A stretch of 64,000 bases of DNA from a virus. The notes beneath the pieces were generated by a model that saw only the letters and a list, made by a program, of their open reading frames with translations, did not search any database and had not been told where the DNA came from. Positions 16,817-26,105 of the stretch are shown here, in pieces. The position numbers were made by a program, and so were the translations under genes. Every line of letters begins with the position of its first letter. The stretch's first letter is position 1. Location: IMG/VR virus record IMGVR_UViG_2974595885_000001, positions 5,534 through 69,533 of that record; one strand, given 5' to 3'.

Positions 16817-17323
16817 ATGGCCGAGAAATTTCTTCAACATGATGCTGCTGGTGGCTTCCGAGAAGTCGAAGCTACCAACACAGGTGGGGCAGGTAAGGCA
16901 AACCTTATCCCTGCTCTTGATTTGAGTGGTCGTCTCGACTCCACCATGATGCCTACGGGTATCGGTGCTGAGACTGCTGTTCTGGAAGCCTTCGGTGCTC
17001 TTGCAGCCGGAGATTTCGTCAATGTGTTCAACGACAACGGTGTTGCAAAGGTCCGTAAGGCCGATGCTTCTGACACTGTGGCTCCTGCAAATGGCTTCGT
17101 TCTCGCTGCCTTTGCTGCAGGTGAATCCGCTACGGTGTATTTCGGTGGTTTGAATTCCGCTGTTTCTGGCGTAACCGCTGGACCAGCATTTCTTTCCACT
17201 ACTCCGGGTCTCTCAAACCATGTGGCTCCCGGTGCTGCTGGAAACGTCGTTCAACGTATTGGCTTTGCAGTCAACGCTTCCACAATCAACGTGCAGTTCC
17301 AAGATCCGATTGAACTCGCGTAA
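16817..17323 (+). CDS. Virion decoration/fibre accessory protein (DUF2190-like)
   Basis: LAAGDFVNV...VRKADAS...ANGFVLAAFAAGESATVYFGG...VVQRIG. Confidence 0.6.
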   Translation: MAEKFLQHDAAGGFREVEATNTGGAGKANLIPALDLSGRLDSTMMPTGIGAETAVLEAFGALAAGDFVNVFNDNGVAKVRKADASDTVAPANGFVLAAFAAGESATVYFGGLNSAVSGVTAGPAFLSTTPGLSNHVAPGAAGNVVQRIGFAVNASTINVQFQDPIELA

Positions 17324-17343
17324 CCAAAAAAGAGGGTATCCCC

Positions 17344-19002
17344 ATGGCTGATCGTCGTCCTATCGTCCTCGTAGACGGAAAATTTCAGGAATTCAAAGAT
17401 GGGGATACCCTTATCGGTGCGGGTGGAGGCAGTGCTTCCTACCCGGATTTTTCTTCCAATGCAGGTAAAGTGCTTGCAGTGAACGACACTGAAGATGGTG
17501 TCGAATGGGTCATTGGTGCAGGTGGTACGGAAAACAACTACTTTTCTGCTCTCTATGATGCCAACGTCAACATGAGCACTTCGATGACTGGAGCCACAGA
17601 AGCCATGAAAGGTGCTCTAGGTACTGTCGTTGAAGATACTGCCGTCGTTGAGATGTTTGGTTATCTTGGTTCAAACCAAGACATTACTCCCATGATCGTG
17701 AAACTGTCTGATGCTACCACGTCAGCAACGATCACCGAGATTCTTTACACTGGGCCTGAGTTCACCACTTCAGGATCCAATGATATCAACCGTGTAGCCA
17801 TGACATCCCCTGTCCATTTGACAGCCGGTGATGTGGTTGCATTCCTCTGGGTACGTCAGGATGGTAGCTCTGTAGCTATCTCCTCTGGTTCTACAGGGTA
17901 TAACCTCCCTGATGAGATCACCTTTGAAACTGTCCAAGCCATCCGAAATAACCCTGCAGGTGCTCTCCCTGCTGTTGGTGAAGGTGGGGTTGTATCAAGT
18001 TCTGGTACATACTCCGTCGGTATTCGCCTCTTCTCCAATGATCTTTATGCTGCAATGGACTTCGGAGGCGGAGATGCTTCCTACCCCTCATTCACTGGGA
18101 ACCAAGGAAAGATCCTTGCAGTCAATTCCGCAGAAGACGGTGTTGAATGGATCGATGCACCCTCTGGTGGGGACACCTATGGAGCAAAGATTGGTGTCGA
18201 TATCCTTGATACCCCTCTCGGATCTTCCTCTGGTTTTGCTACCAAAGGTAACTTGTACCTTGCTTCCATCGACATGCGGATCACAGATGTCTCTTTCCTG
18301 ACTGCAACTGCAGGAGCTTCTTTTGAGGTGATTGCAGCTATCATGGACAACGGTACTTCGAGCAACAACATCGTCTCGATGACCCGTGAAACTGTGTCTT
18401 CGTACACTGAGGGGAGTGTTGCAAACAACACTGTGGCTCTGACCACTCCTCTGGAAGTAGCTGCAGGTCAGTATTTCTATGTTGCTCTGGTCCGTACTGA
18501 TGGTTCTGCAACCACAAGCAATGGAGCTTACTACCAACAAAACACCTCTATCACGAACGATTCTGCTACTCACCAAGGTGGTCAGCGTCTTCAAGACATT
18601 GATGTTCAGGTTGGAGACGGTCCAAGTTCTGACCTCTTTGCGTCTGATATGTGGTCTGTAACCTACTCCTATGAACCAAAGGAAGCCGATACTGACTCTC
18701 TGATCACTCAGGAAACGATCTCTGGGGCATACAGTATCGTTGAGGAGGATCTCAGTGGGTTGATCATGAAGAAGGCTTCAGCGGCTGCTACAGTCACTGT
18801 CACGGCTGGTCTTTCATCCAGTCAGCCTGTCACTTTCATTCAGACAGGGGCTGGTCAAATCACCTTCGTGGCTGATACCGGTGTGACAATCGTTTCTGCA
18901 GATGGAAACCTCCTGACTCGTGTCCAAGGTTCTTCGGCTACATTGGTTCAGGATGCAGATACTGCAGACACCTACTACCTGTTCGGGGATTTGACATCAT
19001 GA
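17344..19002 (+). CDS. Tail fibre/receptor-binding-associated protein with duplicated modules
   Basis: N-terminal MADRRPIVLVDG anchor, two 26-aa linker repeats and two similar beta domains, C-terminal ...TYYLFGDLT adaptor domain. Confidence 0.65.
   Translation: MADRRPIVLVDGKFQEFKDGDTLIGAGGGSASYPDFSSNAGKVLAVNDTEDGVEWVIGAGGTENNYFSALYDANVNMSTSMTGATEAMKGALGTVVEDTAVVEMFGYLGSNQDITPMIVKLSDATTSATITEILYTGPEFTTSGSNDINRVAMTSPVHLTAGDVVAFLWVRQDGSSVAISSGSTGYNLPDEITFETVQAIRNNPAGALPAVGEGGVVSSSGTYSVGIRLFSNDLYAAMDFGGGDASYPSFTGNQGKILAVNSAEDGVEWIDAPSGGDTYGAKIGVDILDTPLGSSSGFATKGNLYLASIDMRITDVSFLTATAGASFEVIAAIMDNGTSSNNIVSMTRETVSSYTEGSVANNTVALTTPLEVAAGQYFYVALVRTDGSATTSNGAYYQQNTSITNDSATHQGGQRLQDIDVQVGDGPSSDLFASDMWSVTYSYEPKEADTDSLITQETISGAYSIVEEDLSGLIMKKASAAATVTVTAGLSSSQPVTFIQTGAGQITFVADTGVTIVSADGNLLTRVQGSSATLVQDADTADTYYLFGDLTS
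17434..17511 (+). repeat. 26-aa repeat copy 1 (ASYPDFSSNAGKVLAVNDTEDGVEWV)
   Basis: Matches copy 2 at 18076-18153. Confidence 0.85.
18076..18153 (+). repeat. 26-aa repeat copy 2 (ASYPSFTGNQGKILAVNSAEDGVEWI)
   Basis: Matches copy 1 at 17434-17511, 642 nt (214 aa) upstream. Confidence 0.85.
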
Positions 19003-21380
19003 TGCCAGTAATCATCGGAACCATCGCAAGTTCATTCCGTTTGCCAGTGGTGGGGGAACTCGTTTCTTCCCACCGTTACTGGCGTTTGACTTTCCTTGAT
19101 GGAGATAACTTTACCTATTGTTCTCTGGCAGAAGTTGAGATGCGTGCTGTAGCAGATGGACCTTCTATCGCTACTGGAGGTACTGCATTTGGTACGAATG
19201 ATCGTGGTGGATCTTGGGTCAAAGCCAATGCTTTCGATGGAAATGCCAACAGTTTTTTCTCCACCACTGAAGATTACCCTGTGTATCTTGGTTATGATTT
19301 TGGGACTAATGTGGAAGTCGTTGAAATCATGATTAAAGCTCGTCCTACATTCAATGACCACACTCCCACAGTATTCCGTCTGGAAGCCTCTGATGACATG
19401 GAAAACTGGGCCTTTATGGGTATTGGTTCCATTGAATCTGATTGGACTGCTGCTCAAGAATTGGTGTGTACTGTTGCTCCTCCTGATTTTGATACCACAC
19501 ATCAACGTGTTGGTTACTCTCTTGGTACAACTTCCAACATTCTCAACGGAAACCTATCCAAAGCATATGCTGCAAATACTCTTACCCATATAGTAGGCCG
19601 TACTGGTAACAGTGGGGTCGATTGGGAAGGTCGAGTATTTCGAGCCACTTCGAAAGGTATGATTAAATCTCAGGTAGCCACATTTTCTCACACGAATACT
19701 TCTTCAGGTGAGTTTATTGACATGGCACTTTCTTCCCCTGTTGCAGTGAAAAAAGGTGAACACATTGTCACTTTGTTCCGTCGATCTGATGATCCTTCTC
19801 AGGGATCTCGATTGAACTTCATGCGAGATGGTAACACCCCTGCCATTTACGAGAACATCGGTGACGGATGGAATGTCACCTCTGATAACTGGCCATCAGC
19901 AGGAGATGTATCAGACAGTGATACCAATGAATCAAGTTCTGATGGTCATCTGATCAACTTCATTGGTACTTATGAACGTGAACCAACCAAACGAGACTAT
20001 TTAGGAAAGACTGTGGTCTTGGTTATCATGGGTCAGTCAAACGCTGTGGGGCGTGCCACAGACACTCTCTCGTCTGATACAACCACAACTGCCAACGTCC
20101 TCACCTGTAACTCCTCTCACGCTCTCATTGACGCTGTGGAGCCTCTTCCTACGACCAACTCGAATGAGAATTCTGGTCAGATGGGGTATGGTTATGGTGT
20201 GGCCCGTGAATTCCTCACCCGTCACTCTCCTGCTCGGGTCATCGTCATCAACCTTGCTGTTGGTGGTGCAGGTTTCCTGAATGGTGATTGGAACCCTTCC
20301 AATGGTCCAGTCTATGACTCTGCAAAAGCTCGTTGGGAAGCCTGCTGGTCTACAATTACTTCCACCTATCCCGGTGCTGAGATTGGATCAATCATCTGGA
20401 CTCAAGGTGAGGATGAAGTCCAAGACTATACCACCTTGTTTGATGGTACTGATGATGATCATCGTTATGCTGCTATGGTGATGGGACTCTTCGAAACTGT
20501 ACGTCGTTCTTGGACTGGCTTCGATCAAGATGTCCCTATTGTTGTGACTCCGATTCCCGGATCTTCCAACTACACAAACCAACCTGCAGCAAACTCCAAT
20601 ATCCAAACAGGTATTGGCACCATCGCTCAGTCGATGAAGTATGCTGCTTTGGTGGATATGTCAGGTGTGACAGAGACTTACAAAGATGCTGGTCACTGGG
20701 ACGGGGATACCTATCGTCAGATGTTTGTTCCTATCGTGGATGCCATTGATGCAACCCTGTTCAACAACTGGACCTACGAGAAAACCTCTGACTGGACACA
20801 GGTATCTGGGGTCAAGATTGGTCTTGATGCTCGTGGTTTGGCTGAAGGTGCAACCATCACAAACGTGAGTTCTGAATTCCCTGAGTTCGACAACAAACGA
20901 GTATTTGTGGACACCAACAGCCGTATGAATTTTGATGGACAAGCTGAACTTCGGTGGAGAGACAACGGGAAACCTCGTCTCGGAACCAATGATTTCAGTA
21001 TCCGTCTGAGCTTTGAGTCCACATCCTCTGTAGAACAGGGTTTGATTGCTGATTACCAGACCACAGGAAACAAACGGTCTTGGGTTCTTCGTCGTTCAAG
21101 CACTTCGACTCTTCAGTTTTATGTATCAAACAATGGTACATCTGCTGATTTGGCTCTGGAACACTCCATCTCTTCAAACACCACCTACAAAGTAGAGGTG
21201 AAACGTACCGGGACTCTTCTCGAATTGTACGTTGATGATGTGGTTGTTGATACTCACACTCTTGCAAGTGGGTACGATTTCTTCGACACAGGTGATGATT
21301 CACCTCTCCTCATTGGAGATCACATCAATGGAAGAGAACTGGTCGGATACCTCGACTATGTTTTCCTCGAATTACTGTAG
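18999..21380 (+). CDS. Multidomain receptor-binding protein: discoidin-like, SGNH/SASA carbohydrate esterase and LamG/ConA-like domains
   Basis: RYWRL...AFDG...YLGYDFG...FRLEASDD (F5/8 type C). GQSN, WTQGEDE and DAGH (SGNH esterase). C-terminal LamG-like domain ending LLIG...GYLDYV. Confidence 0.8.
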   Translation: MMPVIIGTIASSFRLPVVGELVSSHRYWRLTFLDGDNFTYCSLAEVEMRAVADGPSIATGGTAFGTNDRGGSWVKANAFDGNANSFFSTTEDYPVYLGYDFGTNVEVVEIMIKARPTFNDHTPTVFRLEASDDMENWAFMGIGSIESDWTAAQELVCTVAPPDFDTTHQRVGYSLGTTSNILNGNLSKAYAANTLTHIVGRTGNSGVDWEGRVFRATSKGMIKSQVATFSHTNTSSGEFIDMALSSPVAVKKGEHIVTLFRRSDDPSQGSRLNFMRDGNTPAIYENIGDGWNVTSDNWPSAGDVSDSDTNESSSDGHLINFIGTYEREPTKRDYLGKTVVLVIMGQSNAVGRATDTLSSDTTTTANVLTCNSSHALIDAVEPLPTTNSNENSGQMGYGYGVAREFLTRHSPARVIVINLAVGGAGFLNGDWNPSNGPVYDSAKARWEACWSTITSTYPGAEIGSIIWTQGEDEVQDYTTLFDGTDDDHRYAAMVMGLFETVRRSWTGFDQDVPIVVTPIPGSSNYTNQPAANSNIQTGIGTIAQSMKYAALVDMSGVTETYKDAGHWDGDTYRQMFVPIVDAIDATLFNNWTYEKTSDWTQVSGVKIGLDARGLAEGATITNVSSEFPEFDNKRVFVDTNSRMNFDGQAELRWRDNGKPRLGTNDFSIRLSFESTSSVEQGLIADYQTTGNKRSWVLRRSSTSTLQFYVSNNGTSADLALEHSISSNTTYKVEVKRTGTLLELYVDDVVVDTHTLASGYDFFDTGDDSPLLIGDHINGRELVGYLDYVFLELL

Positions 21381-21389
21381 GATACGCCC

Positions 21390-21629
21390 ATGCTCCCTGT
21401 CTCCCCAATCCGTACCGTCACAAGACTCGACCGAATCCAATCACGGGACTTGTATAAGGCAATAGACTTCTCAGGGCCTCGACCACGATATCTTCACATG
21501 AATGGTCTGGCCCTCACAGAAGACAAATTTTGGGCATGGACAGGGACGCTTCGGAACTTTAGGAACATCTGCACCCAAAATGAATGGGATGCTCTCGAAG
21601 CAGTGCCAGTGGATCGTCTGAAGTTCTGA
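21390..21629 (+). CDS. Hypothetical protein
   Basis: 79 aa, RBS AGGA. Confidence 0.6.
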   Translation: MLPVSPIRTVTRLDRIQSRDLYKAIDFSGPRPRYLHMNGLALTEDKFWAWTGTLRNFRNICTQNEWDALEAVPVDRLKF

Positions 21630-21676
21630 CTCCTTTTTTCTGGTTCGCTTTGAGCCAAATGAAGAAAGGAAAATCA

Positions 21677-22237
21677 ATGTTCACTGAATCTTTCCCTTAT
21701 GAGGTCTTCTTGACCCAGAAGGAGTTCATCCGTGTCATGGAGGCACCTCGGGACTTCGTTTTCTGGGTCGATCTGATCGATGAGGAAACCAACGAGCTTA
21801 TCAAAGCTCACCAAGAAGAAGAGGGTATGGAGCAGATCTTCAAAGAAGCTGCAGACCTTCTGTATGTTGTGTGTGGTTTTTACAACACAATGCCCCCCAA
21901 CTGCTACGAACTCATCTCTGATGAAGCCAATGCCCGTGTGCAACAGGTGTTCGAACGTGCAGTGAGTGCATTTGGTGAAATCATCTCCAACTACGTCATC
22001 CCCCCTGCACTGGTGATTGAAGCTTTCCAAGTCGTCCACCAGTCGAACATGTCCAAACTGGACGACAACGGTCAACCGATCCGCAGCGATGGCACGGACG
22101 GTAATCCGAAAGGGAAGATCCTGAAGGGTCCGAACTACGTCGCTCCGTCCATGGCCCCTGTGGTCATGAAATGGGACAAGTACATCCAACAACTCAAAGA
22201 TCAGGGGATGATCGAAGATGCTGCAGAAGGTAACTGA
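21677..22237 (+). CDS. MazG/PRA-PH-like NTP pyrophosphohydrolase (dUTPase-like)
   Basis: LIDEETNEL, KEAADLLYV, VHQSNMSKL and GKILKGPNY. Confidence 0.85.
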   Translation: MFTESFPYEVFLTQKEFIRVMEAPRDFVFWVDLIDEETNELIKAHQEEEGMEQIFKEAADLLYVVCGFYNTMPPNCYELISDEANARVQQVFERAVSAFGEIISNYVIPPALVIEAFQVVHQSNMSKLDDNGQPIRSDGTDGNPKGKILKGPNYVAPSMAPVVMKWDKYIQQLKDQGMIEDAAEGN

Positions 22238-22532
22238 TGAGAGCTTCCACGACGAAGTTCGTGAGGCCGAGCAACCTGTAGTCGTTCTGTTCAAGGCGAC
22301 TTGGTGCAATCCCTGCAAAGAGTTCACTCCTCTTGTGGAGGATCTCGCAGGCAAAATGACGGGCTTCAAGTTCGTCACAATCGATCTGGATGAGTCACCC
22401 AAAACCACGGGTGATATGGCAATCCGGACAGTCCCCTCATTGGCTCTCTTCAATGACGGTATGGTGCGAGACGTTCTCGTTGGTCGCCATCCGAAACAGG
22501 AAGTGCGTCACTGGATCAACGACAACCACTAA
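22218..22532 (+). CDS. trxA: Thioredoxin
   Basis: ATWCNPCK active site and IRTVPSL cis-proline loop. Confidence 0.92.
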   Translation: MLQKVTDESFHDEVREAEQPVVVLFKATWCNPCKEFTPLVEDLAGKMTGFKFVTIDLDESPKTTGDMAIRTVPSLALFNDGMVRDVLVGRHPKQEVRHWINDNH

Positions 22533-22541
22533 GGAACCAAC

Positions 22542-22967
22542 ATGAAAAAGCTCCTTCTCGCTGCTGCTGCAGTTTTGGGTGTTTCGGCTCTCTCGGGCTG
22601 TCTCCCTGATGCTCAAGTGGCAAACCAGAACCTCACAACTGAGGCTGACAACTTCAAACTGCTCCGAAAGACGGTGTTCTACAACGTCTGGACCGATCAG
22701 GAAGTCGCAGTCTTCACTGGGTTCTGCTCCATCGAAGACAAAGGCAACCGTTTCTGGGTGACCTGCAAAGACGCTGATGGCTTCAAACGTCACCAGCTTG
22801 GCTCGTCTGCGAACATGACCTACTTCATGATCCAACTGGACTCTGCCGATGTCTCCACCTATCACACGAAGATCGTGTGGAAACCTCAGAGCTTCATCCC
22901 GGATATCGACGTTCGTGTCGATACCGATGAACTCCTCAGCACGGACCATATCGACAATGAATCCTGA
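22542..22967 (+). CDS. Phage lipoprotein
   Basis: Signal peptide MKKLLLAAAAVLGVSA with lipobox LSGC. Confidence 0.75.
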   Translation: MKKLLLAAAAVLGVSALSGCLPDAQVANQNLTTEADNFKLLRKTVFYNVWTDQEVAVFTGFCSIEDKGNRFWVTCKDADGFKRHQLGSSANMTYFMIQLDSADVSTYHTKIVWKPQSFIPDIDVRVDTDELLSTDHIDNES

Positions 22968-23163
22968 CATCTTTGGAAAACTCGAAGAGTTTGCACGGAA
23001 CTGGGCAAAAGAACTGACTCTGCTTGAGGTTCACCGGCTGAAACATGCTGGCCTGAACCGGGCATTCCGTCGGAAGATCGCTCACAAGATCCGTCGTGGA
23101 ACTCTCGCAGGGAACGACATTCCCCTGCCTCTGGTACTCCAGAAGTTCACCGGAGCAATCTGA
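22957..23163 (+). CDS. Hypothetical basic protein
   Basis: 68 aa from ATG 22957, followed by a terminator. Confidence 0.55.
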   Translation: MNPDIFGKLEEFARNWAKELTLLEVHRLKHAGLNRAFRRKIAHKIRRGTLAGNDIPLPLVLQKFTGAI

Positions 23164-23173
23164 GAAAACTGAG

Positions 23174-23202
23174 AGGCCCCTTCATTGGGGCCTTTCTTTT
23201 TT
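23174..23202 (+). terminator. Rho-independent terminator
   Basis: AGGCCCC-TTCATT-GGGGCCT followed by TTCTTTTTT. Confidence 0.8.
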
Positions 23203-23245
23203 GGTTTTTTAGCAATTCCGCCTCAACTCAAAATGGAGAAAACCA

Positions 23246-23467
23246 ATGGCACTTTTTCGTAAACAAACCGTTGACGGTATCATGGCTGCGTTCGAAGACA
23301 CGATCAGCAACCTCGAAACTCTGAACACCAATGCTCAGAAGGACGTGGAAGCCCTGACTGCTCAACGTGACACGATCAACACCCAGATCGCAGAAGCCGA
23401 AACTGAAGGCTCCCGTGCTCTGAAGATCGCTGCTTCGCTTCGCAAACTGACGAACGGCGACATCTGA
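23246..23467 (+). CDS. Coiled-coil hypothetical protein
   Basis: 73 aa with heptad pattern, RBS GGAG, upstream of rIIA. Confidence 0.75.
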   Translation: MALFRKQTVDGIMAAFEDTISNLETLNTNAQKDVEALTAQRDTINTQIAEAETEGSRALKIAASLRKLTNGDI

Positions 23468-23493
23468 ACCAACACAGAAAAGGAGACCGGACC

Positions 23494-26085
23494 ATGCAGG
23501 TCATGAACACTGCAGAATTCGAACAGAAAGAAGTGCTGCTTGGACAGCAAGGCAAGACTGAATCCTTCGGGGTGTCAGACGATGCAGCACTCATGTCGAT
23601 GCTTTCGACGGGCCTCTATGCCAACCCTTTGCGGACCATGATCCAAGAGATCATCTTCAACGCATGGGATGCTCATCGGATGGGGAATTGCCAAGACACT
23701 ACCCCAATCGACATTCATCTGAACGATACCACTGGATTGATTGTTCGTGACTATGGTCCGGGTATCCACCCTGATGACATGGTTCCGATTTACTGCATCT
23801 ACGGTAACTCGACCAAACGTGACGACAAAGGCTCCACTGGTGGCTTTGGTCTGGGTTCAAAGTCTCCCTTCGCCTATACCGAATCGTTCACTGTCACATC
23901 TTTCCACAACAAAACACAAAACATGTACCTCATCAGTCGTGCATCTGACGACAATGATGGGCGTCCGGGTCTGACCAAGATCATTGACGGTGTACCTTCT
24001 GAAGAGTGTGGCCTTTTGGTCACAGTTCCGATCAAGAATGACCGTGATTTGGAACTGGCCTACAACCACCTGAAGGAACTGCTGAAGTTCTCTGGCATCT
24101 GGGCCAAGGTCCATTACCTCGACAACGACGTTGAAGAGATCAAAGCAGAGAAAGTCGATGCTGGACGGTGGGAACTGGATGAAGATTCCGACTACAGCAT
24201 TTACGCTCAGTACGGTGGTGTGTCCTATGCCATTGAATCTCGTGACGAATATGCTGCTGAGTTCGATTTCATCTATCGGATCGCACGTACCTGCCAAGCC
24301 AAGATTCGTATTGGTTTCGCCCCAGACAGTCTGACCCCTCTCCCGAACCGGGAAGGTCTGAACTTCTCTGAACGCACTGTTGAGACGATCAAGTCCCAAC
24401 TGGAGACCATGGTGGAGTTCTACAAATCCCACGTCAAACCGGCCATGAGGCTGGCTATGGAGTGCGGTATCCGGGACATGGCTGGCTCAGGTATCCCTGC
24501 GAAGTTCTTGGCCTACACATGGCGTGAGGTTGGCTCCTACAGCCTTCAGGATACTGTCAAAGGATCCACGACGTTCTATGCGAACGCTGAGTGTCCTGAT
24601 GACATCCCTGAGAACCAATGGATCTCCATCGCCAAGATCTGCTGGCAGAACACCAAGGTTGCTCGTGACCTGATCGGTATCGATGAGTTCAACAAGATGC
24701 GGGCTATCGTCTTCGTGAAACAGTTTCCTGCTGAACGGAAACTCCTGTCTTGGATGAGTGATGGTTCTGTCCATGGTCGTCGTGACTATGAAACGCTGAC
24801 CCAGATGTATACCCCCGGTAACATCATGGCCATGAACCAAGATCTGAAAGCAATCACTGAAGAAACTGGTCAGGATCTGGCTTTCCGTGTGAAGTCCTCG
24901 AACAAAACCACATGGACCAAGGTCGATGGATGGCGTGGTAAAAAACCTGCTCGTAATGCAGGTTCCATGCGTCAGGAAGACAAGATCAAAACCCTCTTTG
25001 GGAAAGGTCTTCTCAAAACTCCAAAGGTTGAATCTCTGGATAAGTGGTACAACCATGAAGGTGATGAGATCAAAGGTCATCTGTTCTTGGAGAAACACAT
25101 CATCATTGCAAAAACTGCAACGGCTCTGAATGAGACGGATCCTCAGTTCGCAATGCACGTTTCTCCTAACCGTCCGGTTGCAGGTCGGTGGGACAAATAC
25201 CATTGGTCAAGCCTGACTGAGCACCAGCAATACGGTCCTGTCCTTGGTCTGGTGGTTCACAAGCGGAAAGGTGGCTACGAAGCTGCCGTGAAGCACTTCC
25301 AAGATCTGGGTTACACCGTGATCGAAGGAGAGGAACCAGAAGAACGTGTGAAGGCCAAGCCTGCTGCACAAACCACTGACGGAACCTCTACTCCTCAGAA
25401 GAAAGGTCCACCTACCTTCCCTCTGTTGAGACGTGGTGCCAATGACTGGATCGACTACGGTGCAGATGAGATCGAGAAACCCAAGGCATACCTGCCTGTG
25501 ACCATCACTGCCATTCACTCCTATGAATGGGATGGGAAGCGTCCGAGTTCTGGGCTGCTTCAGGCCATCGAAAAACGTTGGCCTAAAACTGTGGTTCTCC
25601 ACAACAAACAGCGCGTTCCCGCAGTCGAAAGAGCGGGTGCCGTACACATTCGTGTGTTGATCGACAAGGAAGTGGACAAAATCCTCGGAAATGCTGAACG
25701 CATGAAGAAGATGATGCTCCACGACTATGTGCATGAACAGTCTTCTCTGCCTGCTGAGATTCTCGCAATCCCAGAGATGCAGAAAATGTTCGGGATTCCA
25801 TATCTCCGGACGGCTGAAGTGGAACGGTTCTCTCAGGATCGGTTCTTCTTGAAGATGGTTCGTGACGAACGTTGGTCCGAGATCAGCTATGAAACTCGTC
25901 GGAAGGTTAAAGAGGCTCTGTCCTATAAAGCCTATACTGACGATGCTTTTTCGGTTGCTCGGAAGATGTGCAGCAACACCAGCATCTTTGATGAACGGGA
26001 ACTCCGTAGCCTTGTGCTCGGGAAAAAACCCGGTGAAGTCAAGATGTTGATGCAGAAGATTGCACGTCTGCTTCGCACCCTCTGA
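23494..26085 (+). CDS. rIIA: rIIA-like protein
   Basis: N-terminal GHKL ATPase (QEIIFNAWDA, RDYGPGI, STKR, GGFGLGSKSPFAY), paired with rIIB. Confidence 0.88.
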   Translation: MQVMNTAEFEQKEVLLGQQGKTESFGVSDDAALMSMLSTGLYANPLRTMIQEIIFNAWDAHRMGNCQDTTPIDIHLNDTTGLIVRDYGPGIHPDDMVPIYCIYGNSTKRDDKGSTGGFGLGSKSPFAYTESFTVTSFHNKTQNMYLISRASDDNDGRPGLTKIIDGVPSEECGLLVTVPIKNDRDLELAYNHLKELLKFSGIWAKVHYLDNDVEEIKAEKVDAGRWELDEDSDYSIYAQYGGVSYAIESRDEYAAEFDFIYRIARTCQAKIRIGFAPDSLTPLPNREGLNFSERTVETIKSQLETMVEFYKSHVKPAMRLAMECGIRDMAGSGIPAKFLAYTWREVGSYSLQDTVKGSTTFYANAECPDDIPENQWISIAKICWQNTKVARDLIGIDEFNKMRAIVFVKQFPAERKLLSWMSDGSVHGRRDYETLTQMYTPGNIMAMNQDLKAITEETGQDLAFRVKSSNKTTWTKVDGWRGKKPARNAGSMRQEDKIKTLFGKGLLKTPKVESLDKWYNHEGDEIKGHLFLEKHIIIAKTATALNETDPQFAMHVSPNRPVAGRWDKYHWSSLTEHQQYGPVLGLVVHKRKGGYEAAVKHFQDLGYTVIEGEEPEERVKAKPAAQTTDGTSTPQKKGPPTFPLLRRGANDWIDYGADEIEKPKAYLPVTITAIHSYEWDGKRPSSGLLQAIEKRWPKTVVLHNKQRVPAVERAGAVHIRVLIDKEVDKILGNAERMKKMMLHDYVHEQSSLPAEILAIPEMQKMFGIPYLRTAEVERFSQDRFFLKMVRDERWSEISYETRRKVKEALSYKAYTDDAFSVARKMCSNTSIFDERELRSLVLGKKPGEVKMLMQKIARLLRTL

Positions 26086-26105
26086 AACCAAGCAAAGGAA
26101 ACCAA

